This document shows, piece by piece, positions 1 to 8,948 of a stretch of 43,318 nucleotides of DNA. This DNA is from Candidatus Woesebacteria bacterium (GTDB lineage: Bacteria > Patescibacteriota > Microgenomatia > UBA8517 > UBA10165), in the NCBI GenBank assembly GCA_002686465.1, contig NZCP01000040.1:1-43318 (forward strand), given 5' to 3'. How positions within the stretch are numbered: position 1 is the stretch's first letter; every line of letters starts with the position of its first letter. The notes under the pieces are model-generated. The model was not told where the DNA came from. It was given only the letters and a program-made list of their open reading frames with translations, and searched no databases. Made by a program: the position numbers and the translations under genes.

Positions 1-614
1 AAAGAAATAATTATTCCCAATAGAAACACAATCGTGATACCGCCAAAAACTGCTTTGTCTAGCCGTTTACTTTTGTTAAAAAGTGCCAAAGAGACAAATA
101 GCCCTGCCATCATTAGAACCCCAAAAAGAATTGGATGGGATTCTGTTGAGGAAATACGGGTCAAAAGATCTCCAGTTTCTAAAACCCTCTTTCCATACAA
201 AAACAAACCATACAGGGCGCTTGCTGCCAATCCCAACACAATAAATGCTAAAAGTTCCCGTATCTGATCCTTCTTTTTAAAAATAGCCTTAATAAGGAAG
301 AAAAGTGTACCTGTAAAGAGGAAAAAAAGAAGGCTTTGGGAAGCTCGGGGATAGGTCCCAAAAACTGCCAAAGACGGATCTTTTGAGCTAAGAGTTGACA
401 AGCCGACTAATACTATAAATAATAGTATTAGAGCGTCTGGGAGCGCGAGTTGGATTTTGAAGGATGTTTTTAGGCGCAACCAGAAAAAGATAGGCAAGAT
501 CAAAAGGATAAATAAATAGGTTAATAGAAGTTTCGGGAACTCGAAAGGATCGAAAAATCCATTGAAGAAAAGAATTGGTAAGATTAAGAAGTAAAGGAAG
601 AACAAAAATCGCAT
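1..614 (-). CDS. O-antigen ligase-like (Wzy_C/PglL-type) membrane protein, 5' part (runs off window start)
   Basis: Own translation from ATG 614: MRFLFFLYFLILPILFFNGFFDPFEFPKLLLTY...SKDPSLAVFGTYPRASQSLL...RISSTESHPILFG, open to position 1. Parallels FEFNK, WGYHSRSHGGLL and RIFATLGQPN in 25868..27913. Confidence 0.75.
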   Translation of the reverse strand, partial: MRFLFFLYFLILPILFFNGFFDPFEFPKLLLTYLFILLILPIFFWLRLKTSFKIQLALPDALILLFIVLVGLSTLSSKDPSLAVFGTYPRASQSLLFFLFTGTLFFLIKAIFKKKDQIRELLAFIVLGLAASALYGLFLYGKRVLETGDLLTRISSTESHPILFGVLMMAGLFVSLALFNKSKRLDKAVFGGITIVFLLGIIIS

Positions 615-636
615 AACTTGTGTATACTGTACAGTA

Positions 637-1179
637 ATGGATCAATCTGCCCAAATTAATACTAACACTTCTCCTTCCTCAGGATCCCTTTTTAAAGCAC
701 ACATAGGATATTTTGTCGTTATAGCACTTCTTCTTGCTGGCGTTGTGGCGGCGAACGTTTGGATTTTCGGCTGGGCTGAGGGTGAAGGTAAAAAGGTAGG
801 TTGGAAAAAATTGGCGCAAGAAAACAAAGAACCCCAAGGAAAATATGTTACTGACTTGGCAATCGTTTACGAACTTGAAGGAGTTCTTGCTCAGATGAAA
901 GATGATTCCATTGTTTTAGAGAAAGACGGCCAGACTCGCGAGTTTTCTACAGAGTATGCACAATTTGCGGTTACCTCTCCTTTGTCATACTTTGCTGAGT
1001 GGTCCAGGAAAATTATTGTCGACAATGAGCCAGGTCAATTTCGTCCAGGAGACCAAGTCACTCTTCATATAAAGGGGAACGAGTTAAATGACAATTTATA
1101 CGTTACAAAAATAAGAAAAGTTGGAACAGGATTGACAGGTGAGCCATGGCCAACATCAAAACCAGCCCAGTTGTATTAG
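637..1179 (+). CDS. Hypothetical membrane-anchored protein
   Basis: 180-aa ORF with one N-terminal TM helix and a beta-rich soluble part; TATACT 8 nt before ATG. Confidence 0.75.
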   Translation: MDQSAQINTNTSPSSGSLFKAHIGYFVVIALLLAGVVAANVWIFGWAEGEGKKVGWKKLAQENKEPQGKYVTDLAIVYELEGVLAQMKDDSIVLEKDGQTREFSTEYAQFAVTSPLSYFAEWSRKIIVDNEPGQFRPGDQVTLHIKGNELNDNLYVTKIRKVGTGLTGEPWPTSKPAQLY

Positions 1180-1577
1180 CAGTAGCCCTTTTGGCTATTG
1201 TTGTAGTTACCGTAGCTACGGCAGCTGCAGGGTATTGGTATGGGATAAAACAAATAGAGCTAAAATATATAAATGGCGCAGAAACTTCATGGGAGCCTTT
1301 TTTGAAGGATAAACATTTTAAATTGGGTATCAGTGGTAAACTTGTGGAAAACGATGGGGATCTTTGGACGGTTGAGAATGAGGGAGAAAAAGTTCCCCTC
1401 CGACTCTTGCCGGACCAAATTGCAATAAAAGGAGATAGTTTTAGCGCTGCAGCTATGGAGAGCTGGGAAAATTTTGATGCCACACAAATTGCAGTAGGAG
1501 AAGAAGTTTTAGTTAATGCGTTTTATCATCCTAGTGACGGATATATTGTTACAAATATTTTTGTAAAAAATAAATAA
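1146..1577 (+). CDS. Hypothetical membrane-anchored protein, similar architecture to upstream ORF
   Basis: 143-aa ORF, N-terminal TM helix; ends in a YIVTNI strand resembling LYVTKI of the upstream gene. Confidence 0.7.
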   Translation: MANIKTSPVVLAVALLAIVVVTVATAAAGYWYGIKQIELKYINGAETSWEPFLKDKHFKLGISGKLVENDGDLWTVENEGEKVPLRLLPDQIAIKGDSFSAAAMESWENFDATQIAVGEEVLVNAFYHPSDGYIVTNIFVKNK

Positions 1578-1586
1578 GTTAGAAAT

Positions 1587-3284
1587 ATGTTAATTGAGTC
1601 TTTGAGAAATAGAGCCATACTTTTGACACTTGTTCTTTTTGGCATTTTTGCTTTTGCTCTTTTTGTAGTTAACTCCAAAACTACCTGGATTGCGAACGCG
1701 ATATGCTATGAATGCCAGCAAGAGACGTGGGATGCCTTTGAGGGCGACCCGGGTTACACAGGAGGTCGCCAAACAAGTTGGGGAGAGAAATATTACCAAA
1801 CAACGCCTTGTGGAGGCAGTAGTTGTAAGACAGAGTGGTGTGATTGTGGGGAATTTGGATGCTGCGGCAGTTGTGGGGGAAGTTGTACAGACAAAAAGTG
1901 CCACGAGAACATTGTTGCTGATAGTTTTTGTCCGGCTGGGAATAATGCCCAGTGCATTAGTCATACTATTCCATCCGCAGTGGATGTCGGTCAAAGTTAC
2001 AATGTTTCAGTGACAATGAAGAATACAGGGATCAATACTTGGACGAGGGCAGACGATTATAAGTTAGGAAGGGCGGATGATATATGGGGTACAACCAGGG
2101 ATCTTCTTTCAGGTGGTGACAGTGTGGCGACGGATCAGCAACATACCTTTAGCTTCTCAATCACAGCGCCTTCTACTCAAGGTAGTTACAATGGACAATG
2201 GCAAATGGTTGAAGAGTTTGTTCAATGGTTTGGTGATAGTTGTGGGCCGTCCGTAATTACTATAAATAATAATGACCCAACAGCCTCGATCACAGGACCG
2301 ACAACTGCGGAAACCGGCGACACTCTCACCTACGATGGGGAGGATATTAATGATCCGGAGGGTAATATCGACTTGGCCCGAATTTGGGTGAAAGTTGCGG
2401 GAAGTACAGCCCCGTGGCCGTCGTCATATAGTTGCCCCAATACCCCAAGTAATCAATGGTGTTTGCTTGAAGAAGACACGACAGTGTCATCTGGTAAGAT
2501 GACAGCGAATTGGACACCTTCAGATCCTGATACTTACAACGTGCATATCATGGCTGCTGACGAAAATGGAGGGCAATGTAGCGGGAACCCCGAGTGTACT
2601 ATGAATGGCGGGGCTGATTCGTGTACTGGTTGGGGAGATTGCGGATCATCCGACAATTTTAATGTAACAGTTACTTCCTCAGAGCCGACTCTGAATTCAC
2701 TTGAGGTTACTGAAACTGTGAATAACCAATCTTCGGGTTTTGAAGGGAACCTTGGTTATTCTGGAAATATTGCCTCAGATCAAGGGTCAAATTGGATTAA
2801 CTCCATGGATATTAAAGTTAATGCCACAGAGGCAACGAGTGGCGAACTATTCGATGAGTTTTATGTCGCTTTCTATGCCGGGGACAAGGAAACATCTGGG
2901 TCCAGTTTCCTTAGTAGTGTTCAAGGAATATTAAACTCTGATCGAAAAGATGGGTTTTTGTTGAGACACTCTTCTGCTGGATATCAGGTGTGGGATAGTT
3001 GTGCTGCGGACTGGGGTTTGGTTGATCCTGATACGGGGTTTCAGATTCAAGAAAATTGTTCAGGTGGAGAAACGCTTTATAGCGTGTCACTGGTTGGGAA
3101 AACAGATACTTCTGTCACATGGGGTGTGACTTTTAACAAAAATTTTGGTAGCAAGAGTATGAATACGGCGGCATACGTTAAAGATGCAGGTAACCAAACG
3201 GCCTTTTCTCCGGATTGTACAGCGTGGGTAGATACTAGTTCGGAACAGGACAAGACAGATCAGCGCTGCACACAGTTAGAGTGA
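1587..3284 (+). CDS. Secreted Cys-rich surface protein with NBR1-type Ig-like domain
   Basis: Signal/TM segment, Cys-rich N-terminus, VSVTMKNTGINTW...FSITAPSTQGSYNGQWQMV Ig-like motif, further beta-sandwich segments. Confidence 0.8.
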   Translation: MLIESLRNRAILLTLVLFGIFAFALFVVNSKTTWIANAICYECQQETWDAFEGDPGYTGGRQTSWGEKYYQTTPCGGSSCKTEWCDCGEFGCCGSCGGSCTDKKCHENIVADSFCPAGNNAQCISHTIPSAVDVGQSYNVSVTMKNTGINTWTRADDYKLGRADDIWGTTRDLLSGGDSVATDQQHTFSFSITAPSTQGSYNGQWQMVEEFVQWFGDSCGPSVITINNNDPTASITGPTTAETGDTLTYDGEDINDPEGNIDLARIWVKVAGSTAPWPSSYSCPNTPSNQWCLLEEDTTVSSGKMTANWTPSDPDTYNVHIMAADENGGQCSGNPECTMNGGADSCTGWGDCGSSDNFNVTVTSSEPTLNSLEVTETVNNQSSGFEGNLGYSGNIASDQGSNWINSMDIKVNATEATSGELFDEFYVAFYAGDKETSGSSFLSSVQGILNSDRKDGFLLRHSSAGYQVWDSCAADWGLVDPDTGFQIQENCSGGETLYSVSLVGKTDTSVTWGVTFNKNFGSKSMNTAAYVKDAGNQTAFSPDCTAWVDTSSEQDKTDQRCTQLE

Positions 3285-3287
3285 TTT

Positions 3288-4805
3288 TTACCAACCCGAT
3301 CCAGTGAGTCTTTTAAAAATAGCGGGGAGAAACTGCCGCTTTTTCTCAGGAGTTGGTGTCGGAGTAGCTGGTTGACTGATAGTTACTGCAGCTTTTTTCC
3401 ACTCATCTCCAGGATTGTTTAGCCCGTCAGTTATCCGCTTAATATGTATGCCATTAGCGTTTGGATCGGTGGATTTTAGAGAAACTACAAGGTATCGCTC
3501 TCCATTTTTTTCTAACACATTGATCGATCTAATGCTATTTCCAGATAGGCTTTCTGTTGGGAAACTACCATTTCTTTCAACAAGTTCGCGCTTGTCTAGA
3601 TTTTCTGGATCATCTAAGTCAGCGACCTCAATATAGAAAGAGTGCTTATTGTTTTCTGATGTCTGTATCCCCAGAAACATCTCCCTGCTTATAGTGTCAA
3701 GAGTAGCTCTAGTTAGAAAAATGGAACCAGAGACAGGTGAGTAAAGACTGACTTTTGGCTGAACTTCATTTTTTGTTGAACCATGTATATCAAATAGTGT
3801 CCCTGTAAAATGACCGGGATTGTCTGGGGAAGTTGTATTGTTACTAAGAAAGCCGGTTCTGCTGGTGCCCTGATCATCAAACTGAATGACTTCTCTGCCT
3901 CTTCCGTCACTAGCACTTTTTCTTTCTGCCTGTATACTACCGTCTTGAGCGTAAACGATTTCTACATATCCGCTATCCAGAAGGAGTATTGCTTCGTTCA
4001 CAAATGTTCCGTCACCTCGGTCTCGAATCTCAGTCATTTGAACAAATGCCTGATCGTCGTTTTCTGGAAGACCTTGGAAAGTTACAGGGGTTTCGACAAC
4101 TGCATTGTTATTGTCACGATCCAGGCGAAACATTACAATTGGACCTTCACTATTTTTAAGAAAAGACACAACGATGAATTGATTGTCTGGAGAAATTTGC
4201 ACTATGCCTTGATCACTCGACATAAAACCAATAGATTCAACTTCCTCTCTTATCGTTGTTGCCCAGCCATCTTCGGTGATTTCGATTATTCCCTTTGATC
4301 CATCGTATCCGACGGCAGCTCCGAAATTTGGGTCGGTTGTGGACATAGAAACAGATCGGATATCGAAGTCCACCTCTTTTGATGTATTTTGGTCTAAAGT
4401 CCCAGTGGTTGTGTTGAGTTCAGCTTTAACAATATATCTTTTACCGTCATTAAATTCTGCTCCGTAATACATTACACCGTCACCATTGACAGAAACATCT
4501 ATTACCTCGTAACTAAATTCTTGGGCAAGTTCGGAAGACTCTTTTCGAGCAGCTTTCGCTTTTGGACGTTCTGGCGGGGGGGTAGTTGTTGGTTCTGGTC
4601 CGGATGCCGCCTCGACTGAGGGGATAGGTAATTTTGATGCGACCCCTGCCACTACAGCCGCTCCTATGGCTCCTCCCAAAAGGCCAAGAAATCCTCTTCG
4701 GCCTATACGTGGGGAGGATGGAGTTTTAGGTTTTTCTGGAGAGGTAGGATTCCGTTCTATGTCTAGCATAGGCTTGGGCTCTTTTCGGGCAGACTTGTCT
4801 TCCAT
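3288..4805 (-). CDS. Exported protein with twin-arginine-like signal peptide, beta-rich
   Basis: RIGRRGFLGLLGGAIGAAVV...VEA signal; Pro/Thr linkers; C-terminal ATPTPTPEKKRQFLPAIFKR. Confidence 0.8.
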   Translation of the reverse strand: MEDKSARKEPKPMLDIERNPTSPEKPKTPSSPRIGRRGFLGLLGGAIGAAVVAGVASKLPIPSVEAASGPEPTTTPPPERPKAKAARKESSELAQEFSYEVIDVSVNGDGVMYYGAEFNDGKRYIVKAELNTTTGTLDQNTSKEVDFDIRSVSMSTTDPNFGAAVGYDGSKGIIEITEDGWATTIREEVESIGFMSSDQGIVQISPDNQFIVVSFLKNSEGPIVMFRLDRDNNNAVVETPVTFQGLPENDDQAFVQMTEIRDRGDGTFVNEAILLLDSGYVEIVYAQDGSIQAERKSASDGRGREVIQFDDQGTSRTGFLSNNTTSPDNPGHFTGTLFDIHGSTKNEVQPKVSLYSPVSGSIFLTRATLDTISREMFLGIQTSENNKHSFYIEVADLDDPENLDKRELVERNGSFPTESLSGNSIRSINVLEKNGERYLVVSLKSTDPNANGIHIKRITDGLNNPGDEWKKAAVTISQPATPTPTPEKKRQFLPAIFKRLTGSGW

Positions 4806-4933
4806 GAGCTATTATGGGTAGATTGTACCAAATTTGGGCCTTGTTTAACAGAATCTTTGCTACTGAATAAACTCATTAATTAACTATTAAGTTAATTGCG
4901 TAATTAATTACGTAATTTAATACGTATTTCCTG

Positions 4934-5583
4934 TTAACAAGCTTTCCGACATGCCGGATTCCTTGTTAGTCTCTTAAGTGCAGCAACGAGTCCCAATGCT
5001 TTTATCCTTCGGTAGTCTATTCCCAGTCTACCTAATCTGTTTTCTTTATCTTCACCATCATCTATCAGAACAGTTTCTTGCGGCTTTATATTGTTTTTTC
5101 TGAAATAATCTTTAAAAAATAAACTCTCTCCGTTTTTCCCAAAAGCACTCTTCGTTACCTTGAGCTCATGAGAACTTAGTATTTCATCAAAGATGGGTTT
5201 TAGGTTAAGTGCAGGTGCTGTCCATCTGGTGAAAGAGTCCATGTTGTCGGTGGCTATAACAACCTTAACTTTTTTACCTCTTAATTTCTTTACCAAAGTA
5301 GGAATCTCTTCAGAGACCAGCTTCATGTTTTGCAGCTTTTTACAAAAGCTTTAAAAATGGAGTTCTTATCCAGTCCTGTATCTTTCGATATTTTCTTGGT
5401 GATGTTTTCAGATGCTAGTTGCCCCAACATCCATGGCTCTAACAAATGTCTGAATTTGCCGAACAGAGATTTTTCGATTCTTTGAAATAGTTCTCGGTCT
5501 TGCACAGAACCATCTTCGAGGTGCTCCAAAAATTTGGAGGTGGAGAGGGTATTGTGCCAATCAAGAAAAACAGCCTTATACAT
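4934..5583 (-). pseudogene. HAD-family hydrolase split by a one-base frameshift (5323..5583 plus 4934..5326)
   Basis: Motif I-like AVFLDWHNTL in the first ORF; VVIATDN and VLIDD in the second. Junction TGC AAA ACA TGA AG becomes CKNMK with one extra A. Confidence 0.65.
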
Positions 5584-5664
5584 AGTATGTATCGGTAGTC
5601 GATAAATAAGTATACACAACGAGTTTTGCTTGCAAAAACCGAACCTGTATGTATAGAATGGGGT

Positions 5665-7185
5665 ATGATTTCTGCCCGGCGGTATTTTCTCCTTGCCTTT
5701 GCCTCGGCACTTTTCCTTGGAGGCCTCCTTTTTCATAGACAATTGTTGGCAGGCTGGGTTTTTGATACAGAACCCCCGACCTTAACGATAACGTGCGGCG
5801 GAACAGAGCTTGCTTGTACTAAAGCCGGTACCACATATAGTTGTGGTCAATGCGCAGACACAAAAGCTTTAGTAACTTGCATAGATCCACTGAGTGGATG
5901 CCAAGAATATCAGTATGATAGTGATACTGGGGGTACTTCTGGCACAAAACCTTTTGGTAGTTCATGCACCCCAGGCGAGATATGTGACGATACAATTTTT
6001 AATATAGACAAGGATATTGGTACCATTTCTATCCACGATATTATAGATTGGTCAGGAAACATATCGGAGGATAATTATGAATTTACTTTTGCCGACTGCG
6101 ATATTGATATAACAGCAGTTACTGTTGAGGAAGGAGCTACTCAGACAGCAACTGCGGTGATAACCTCTGGTTCTGTTGACCAAGTTGATTTTTCTATTAC
6201 CGATGAAAGTCCAGCTGGAACAGCAAGTGTTAACCCTGTTTCTGATTTAACTTCGCCTTATGAAACTGGTGTTACCGGTGATAAGGTTGGTACCGCAAAC
6301 CTCAACGTTTCCGGGATTGTTGGAGGAACAGAGATGTGTTCTGATGTAGCAGGGGTTACTGTGACGGCAGCTGGGGCTTGGTGGCAAGTTAAAGATGCAG
6401 ACGTTGGAGTTGCTGGGGGTCTTGTTTCTTCGATCCCTGCCGGATGTTCCGATCCTTGTGATCCAAAATTCAATCTTGTCGGAGAGGGGGGATATCCAGG
6501 GGTGAGTATTCACAGTGGTGGAACTACAGGGTTTGGAGAAGGTAGTGGTGGTGTTGTTGCAGACCCTGCTTGGATTGCAGACTCCGCCTATAACGGTCCG
6601 ACGTATGATTACGACTTCTTTGCAAGAGCCGTACCGTCTGCAGTTTTTACAGATCCTTCCTCGGTTATTACAAGCGGCCAAATCAATGGTGGTGACCTCC
6701 AATCTGGTTATTCGTCCGGAGGATATACTTGGTGGTATCGCGACGGAGATCTAATTATTAACGGGGCAGCAGTTCTTGGGGACGCTGATGTTATCATTTT
6801 AGTAACTGGCAATCTAACTATTAATAACAAAATAACAATTACTGATGGGAAAGGGTTCTTTGCAGCAATTGTTAAAGGAAATATCAACATAGATGATGGT
6901 GTTACATACACGGGGTCGCCGGCTCCAGACAGCAGTGCTGGTCCTGAACTCGAAGGTCTATATATGGCAGATGGTACGATCAGTACTGGTACGGACGGAG
7001 ACGATAAACAGCTTTATGTTCGAGGATCACTTGTTGGTTGGGGAGGTATTAACTTAGAAAGAGATTTGGGTAACGACAATGATACTACTCCAGCAGAGTT
7101 TTTTGAATATGCACCGGACTTAGTCTTAACTTTACCGAGAGAGCTTCTAAGACAAGGAGTGGTTTGGAAGGAAGTAGTTCCTTAA
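5665..7185 (+). CDS. Secreted/surface protein with Ig-like and Gly-rich beta-strand domains
   Basis: ATG 5665 then signal peptide MISARRYFLLAF; Cys pairs; GDLII/GNLTI/GNINI strands; C-terminal WKEVVP. Confidence 0.8.
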   Translation: MISARRYFLLAFASALFLGGLLFHRQLLAGWVFDTEPPTLTITCGGTELACTKAGTTYSCGQCADTKALVTCIDPLSGCQEYQYDSDTGGTSGTKPFGSSCTPGEICDDTIFNIDKDIGTISIHDIIDWSGNISEDNYEFTFADCDIDITAVTVEEGATQTATAVITSGSVDQVDFSITDESPAGTASVNPVSDLTSPYETGVTGDKVGTANLNVSGIVGGTEMCSDVAGVTVTAAGAWWQVKDADVGVAGGLVSSIPAGCSDPCDPKFNLVGEGGYPGVSIHSGGTTGFGEGSGGVVADPAWIADSAYNGPTYDYDFFARAVPSAVFTDPSSVITSGQINGGDLQSGYSSGGYTWWYRDGDLIINGAAVLGDADVIILVTGNLTINNKITITDGKGFFAAIVKGNINIDDGVTYTGSPAPDSSAGPELEGLYMADGTISTGTDGDDKQLYVRGSLVGWGGINLERDLGNDNDTTPAEFFEYAPDLVLTLPRELLRQGVVWKEVVP

Positions 7186-7188
7186 GAA

Positions 7189-7240
7189 TTCAGATTGGCA
7201 GACTTCAGATTTCGGATTGCAGATAGTCAGTTTACAGATT
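7189..7240. repeat. Degenerate ~7-bp tandem array (CAGA core), left flank of four-helix-bundle gene
   Basis: CAGA-like cores at 7191, 7199, 7206, 7213, 7220, 7228, 7235. Confidence 0.8.
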
Positions 7241-7640
7241 TCTTCTTTATGTAACTGTTTGCTGGTTCTGCGAACCTTCTCCATGTTTGGCGTAGGCTGT
7301 TCAGTTGTTTTGATAACTCCGTGTACTTTTCGACGATTGATTCGCATGCACCTTTAGGGATTTTGCGGAATCTGCGAGAGAGAATAATTGCTTTTGTTAA
7401 ATGGATAACAACTTCATCACTTTCTGCCATGGCCATTTCGTAAAATCTAGCCGCATCAGCTGGATTCCTTTGTCTTGAGAAGCCCTCTCCGATCAGTGGA
7501 GGAATGGCCTCGCTTGAGTTTATTAGCTGTGTTCTGAATTTTATATGTGGTATAGCGTATGCCACATCGTAAATTTTATCTAGGAGTCGTAGGGAGAGCT
7601 GATAGACCCGAAGATCGGACACCCCTTTTACTGATGGCAT
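7227..7640 (-). CDS. Four-helix-bundle protein (23S rRNA IVP / bAvd-like family)
   Basis: DLRVYQLS...TQLINSSEAIPPLIGEGFSRQ...RFYEMAMAESDEV resembles the family consensus DL.VWQ...Q..RSA.SI..NIAEG..R...F...A.GS..E. Confidence 0.8.
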   Translation of the reverse strand: MPSVKGVSDLRVYQLSLRLLDKIYDVAYAIPHIKFRTQLINSSEAIPPLIGEGFSRQRNPADAARFYEMAMAESDEVVIHLTKAIILSRRFRKIPKGACESIVEKYTELSKQLNSLRQTWRRFAEPANSYIKKKSVN

Positions 7641-7654
7641 GCATCTATATTATC

Positions 7655-7705
7655 AGATCTGTAGTCTGAGGTCTGATAACAGACAACTGATATCTGTTAA
7701 TCTGG
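7655..7705. repeat. Degenerate ~7-bp tandem array (TCTG core), right flank, inverted relative to 7189-7240
   Basis: TCTG-like cores at 7658, 7665, 7672, 7686, 7693, 7701. Confidence 0.8.
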
Positions 7706-7720
7706 GATTGGCAATTGAAG

Positions 7721-7936
7721 TTATTCTGCTTTTCCCTGCATTCCAAGCACCCAAAGTACTGCTTCTTTTCGATAGCGGCGGTCGCCTCTGGAGTTTATAC
7801 GAATTGCGGGAAGTTTTCCACGCTTGCCCCAACGTTTAATTGTCAACGGGGAGACACGAAGGATTTCTGCGACTTCACGAACAGTCAAAAGGTCCGGAAG
7901 TTCATCGAGTTTTAATTGCCTTTTCCCTTGCGCCAT
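7721..7936 (-). CDS. Excisionase/MerR-type HTH (HTH_17) DNA-binding protein
   Basis: LLTVREVAEILRVSPLTIKRWGKRGKLPAIRINSRGDRRY; likely start ATG 7936. Confidence 0.85.
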   Translation of the reverse strand: MAQGKRQLKLDELPDLLTVREVAEILRVSPLTIKRWGKRGKLPAIRINSRGDRRYRKEAVLWVLGMQGKAE

Positions 7937-8081
7937 AACCCAAAAAAGTGGGCAGTGCTTTCTGATACTCAATGTATCAGAAGGTGAAGAAACATGTCAA
8001 TACCCAGTTTGGGGTAATTTTCAATTTCGAGTCAAAAAGTGGAAAATACTGATACAGGATTGGTATAATTTCTCTACGACG

Positions 8082-8948
8082 ATGGCAAAGTTACTTCTGG
8101 CAAGTTTTGTGGCAGTGAGCCTTTTGTTTGCTGGATCCGTAACCCTGGCCCAAGAGCCGACTACAAACATGGGCAGTGTTGAGTCGGCAACGACTGATGC
8201 ATTGGAACAAAATTTAGTTACTCCTCTTCGCGGCCAGCCCGGGGAACTTACAAACCTTTTAAACTCCCAAGACCCCGGTAGCGTTTTTGCTAACCCTGTC
8301 AAACATGCAATTCGTTCTGCTGTTGACCATGGAGTGGCGGTAGACACAGTTGTTTTACTTTTACTCCTTCCTCTTGTTGCGGCAGTGATTGCAACAGCAC
8401 GTCATCTCGTTGGTATTCAAGGTTTTGGAATTCTTCTGCCGGCAGCGTTATCTGTAGTTTTTGTTTCAACAGGTCCGGTTGTTGGCATTGCGCTGTTTTT
8501 AGTTATTGTAATTGTGGCGACAATCGTGAGGATGTTGCTGCGAAAGTTTAAAATAAGCCTTCAATATCTTCCTAGAATGGCATTTATTTTATGGATGGTT
8601 GTTGTTGGGGTTCTTGCTGCCATGTTTTCCGCGCCTTTCATTTCCGGTCTTAATGTTGCCGACGTTTCGATTTTCCCAGTTCTTATTTTGATTCTTTTAG
8701 CCGAGGACTTTACTCGCGTGCAACTCGGGAAAAGTGTCAGAGTCGCCGTCGCATTAACAACCGAAACTTTGATTCTTGCACTCGCTTCCTTTGTGGTCTT
8801 ACAACTTAGGCCAGTTCAGCACTTTGCGCTTCTTAACCCTGAAATGTTACTTATCTTGGTTGCTATTTTTGACTTCTTTCTAGGAAAATATGCCGGATTG
8901 AGACTGTTAGAACTTTGGCGCTTCAGGAGGCTAATTGGGGCTAGATGA
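8082..8948 (+). CDS. 7TM protein of the 7TM_transglut type associated with ATP-grasp ligases
   Basis: LLLLPLVAAVIATARHLVGIQGFGILLP, LQYLPRMA and IFPVLILILLAEDF motifs; directly upstream of an ATP-grasp gene. Confidence 0.8.
   Translation: MAKLLLASFVAVSLLFAGSVTLAQEPTTNMGSVESATTDALEQNLVTPLRGQPGELTNLLNSQDPGSVFANPVKHAIRSAVDHGVAVDTVVLLLLLPLVAAVIATARHLVGIQGFGILLPAALSVVFVSTGPVVGIALFLVIVIVATIVRMLLRKFKISLQYLPRMAFILWMVVVGVLAAMFSAPFISGLNVADVSIFPVLILILLAEDFTRVQLGKSVRVAVALTTETLILALASFVVLQLRPVQHFALLNPEMLLILVAIFDFFLGKYAGLRLLELWRFRRLIGAR

Noticed and set aside
34-654. ORF-track entries 34..267 (+) and 388..654 (-)
   Set aside because: Shadow frames of the real minus-strand membrane-protein CDS starting at 614.
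7227-7936. Diversity-generating retroelement or prophage (Avd-like plus excisionase-like genes)
   Set aside because: No reverse transcriptase, TR/VR pair, integrase or phage structural genes seen.
7824-8081. N-terminal extension of the 7TM protein
   Set aside because: Overlaps the opposite-strand HTH gene; signal peptide and -10 box point to ATG 8082.
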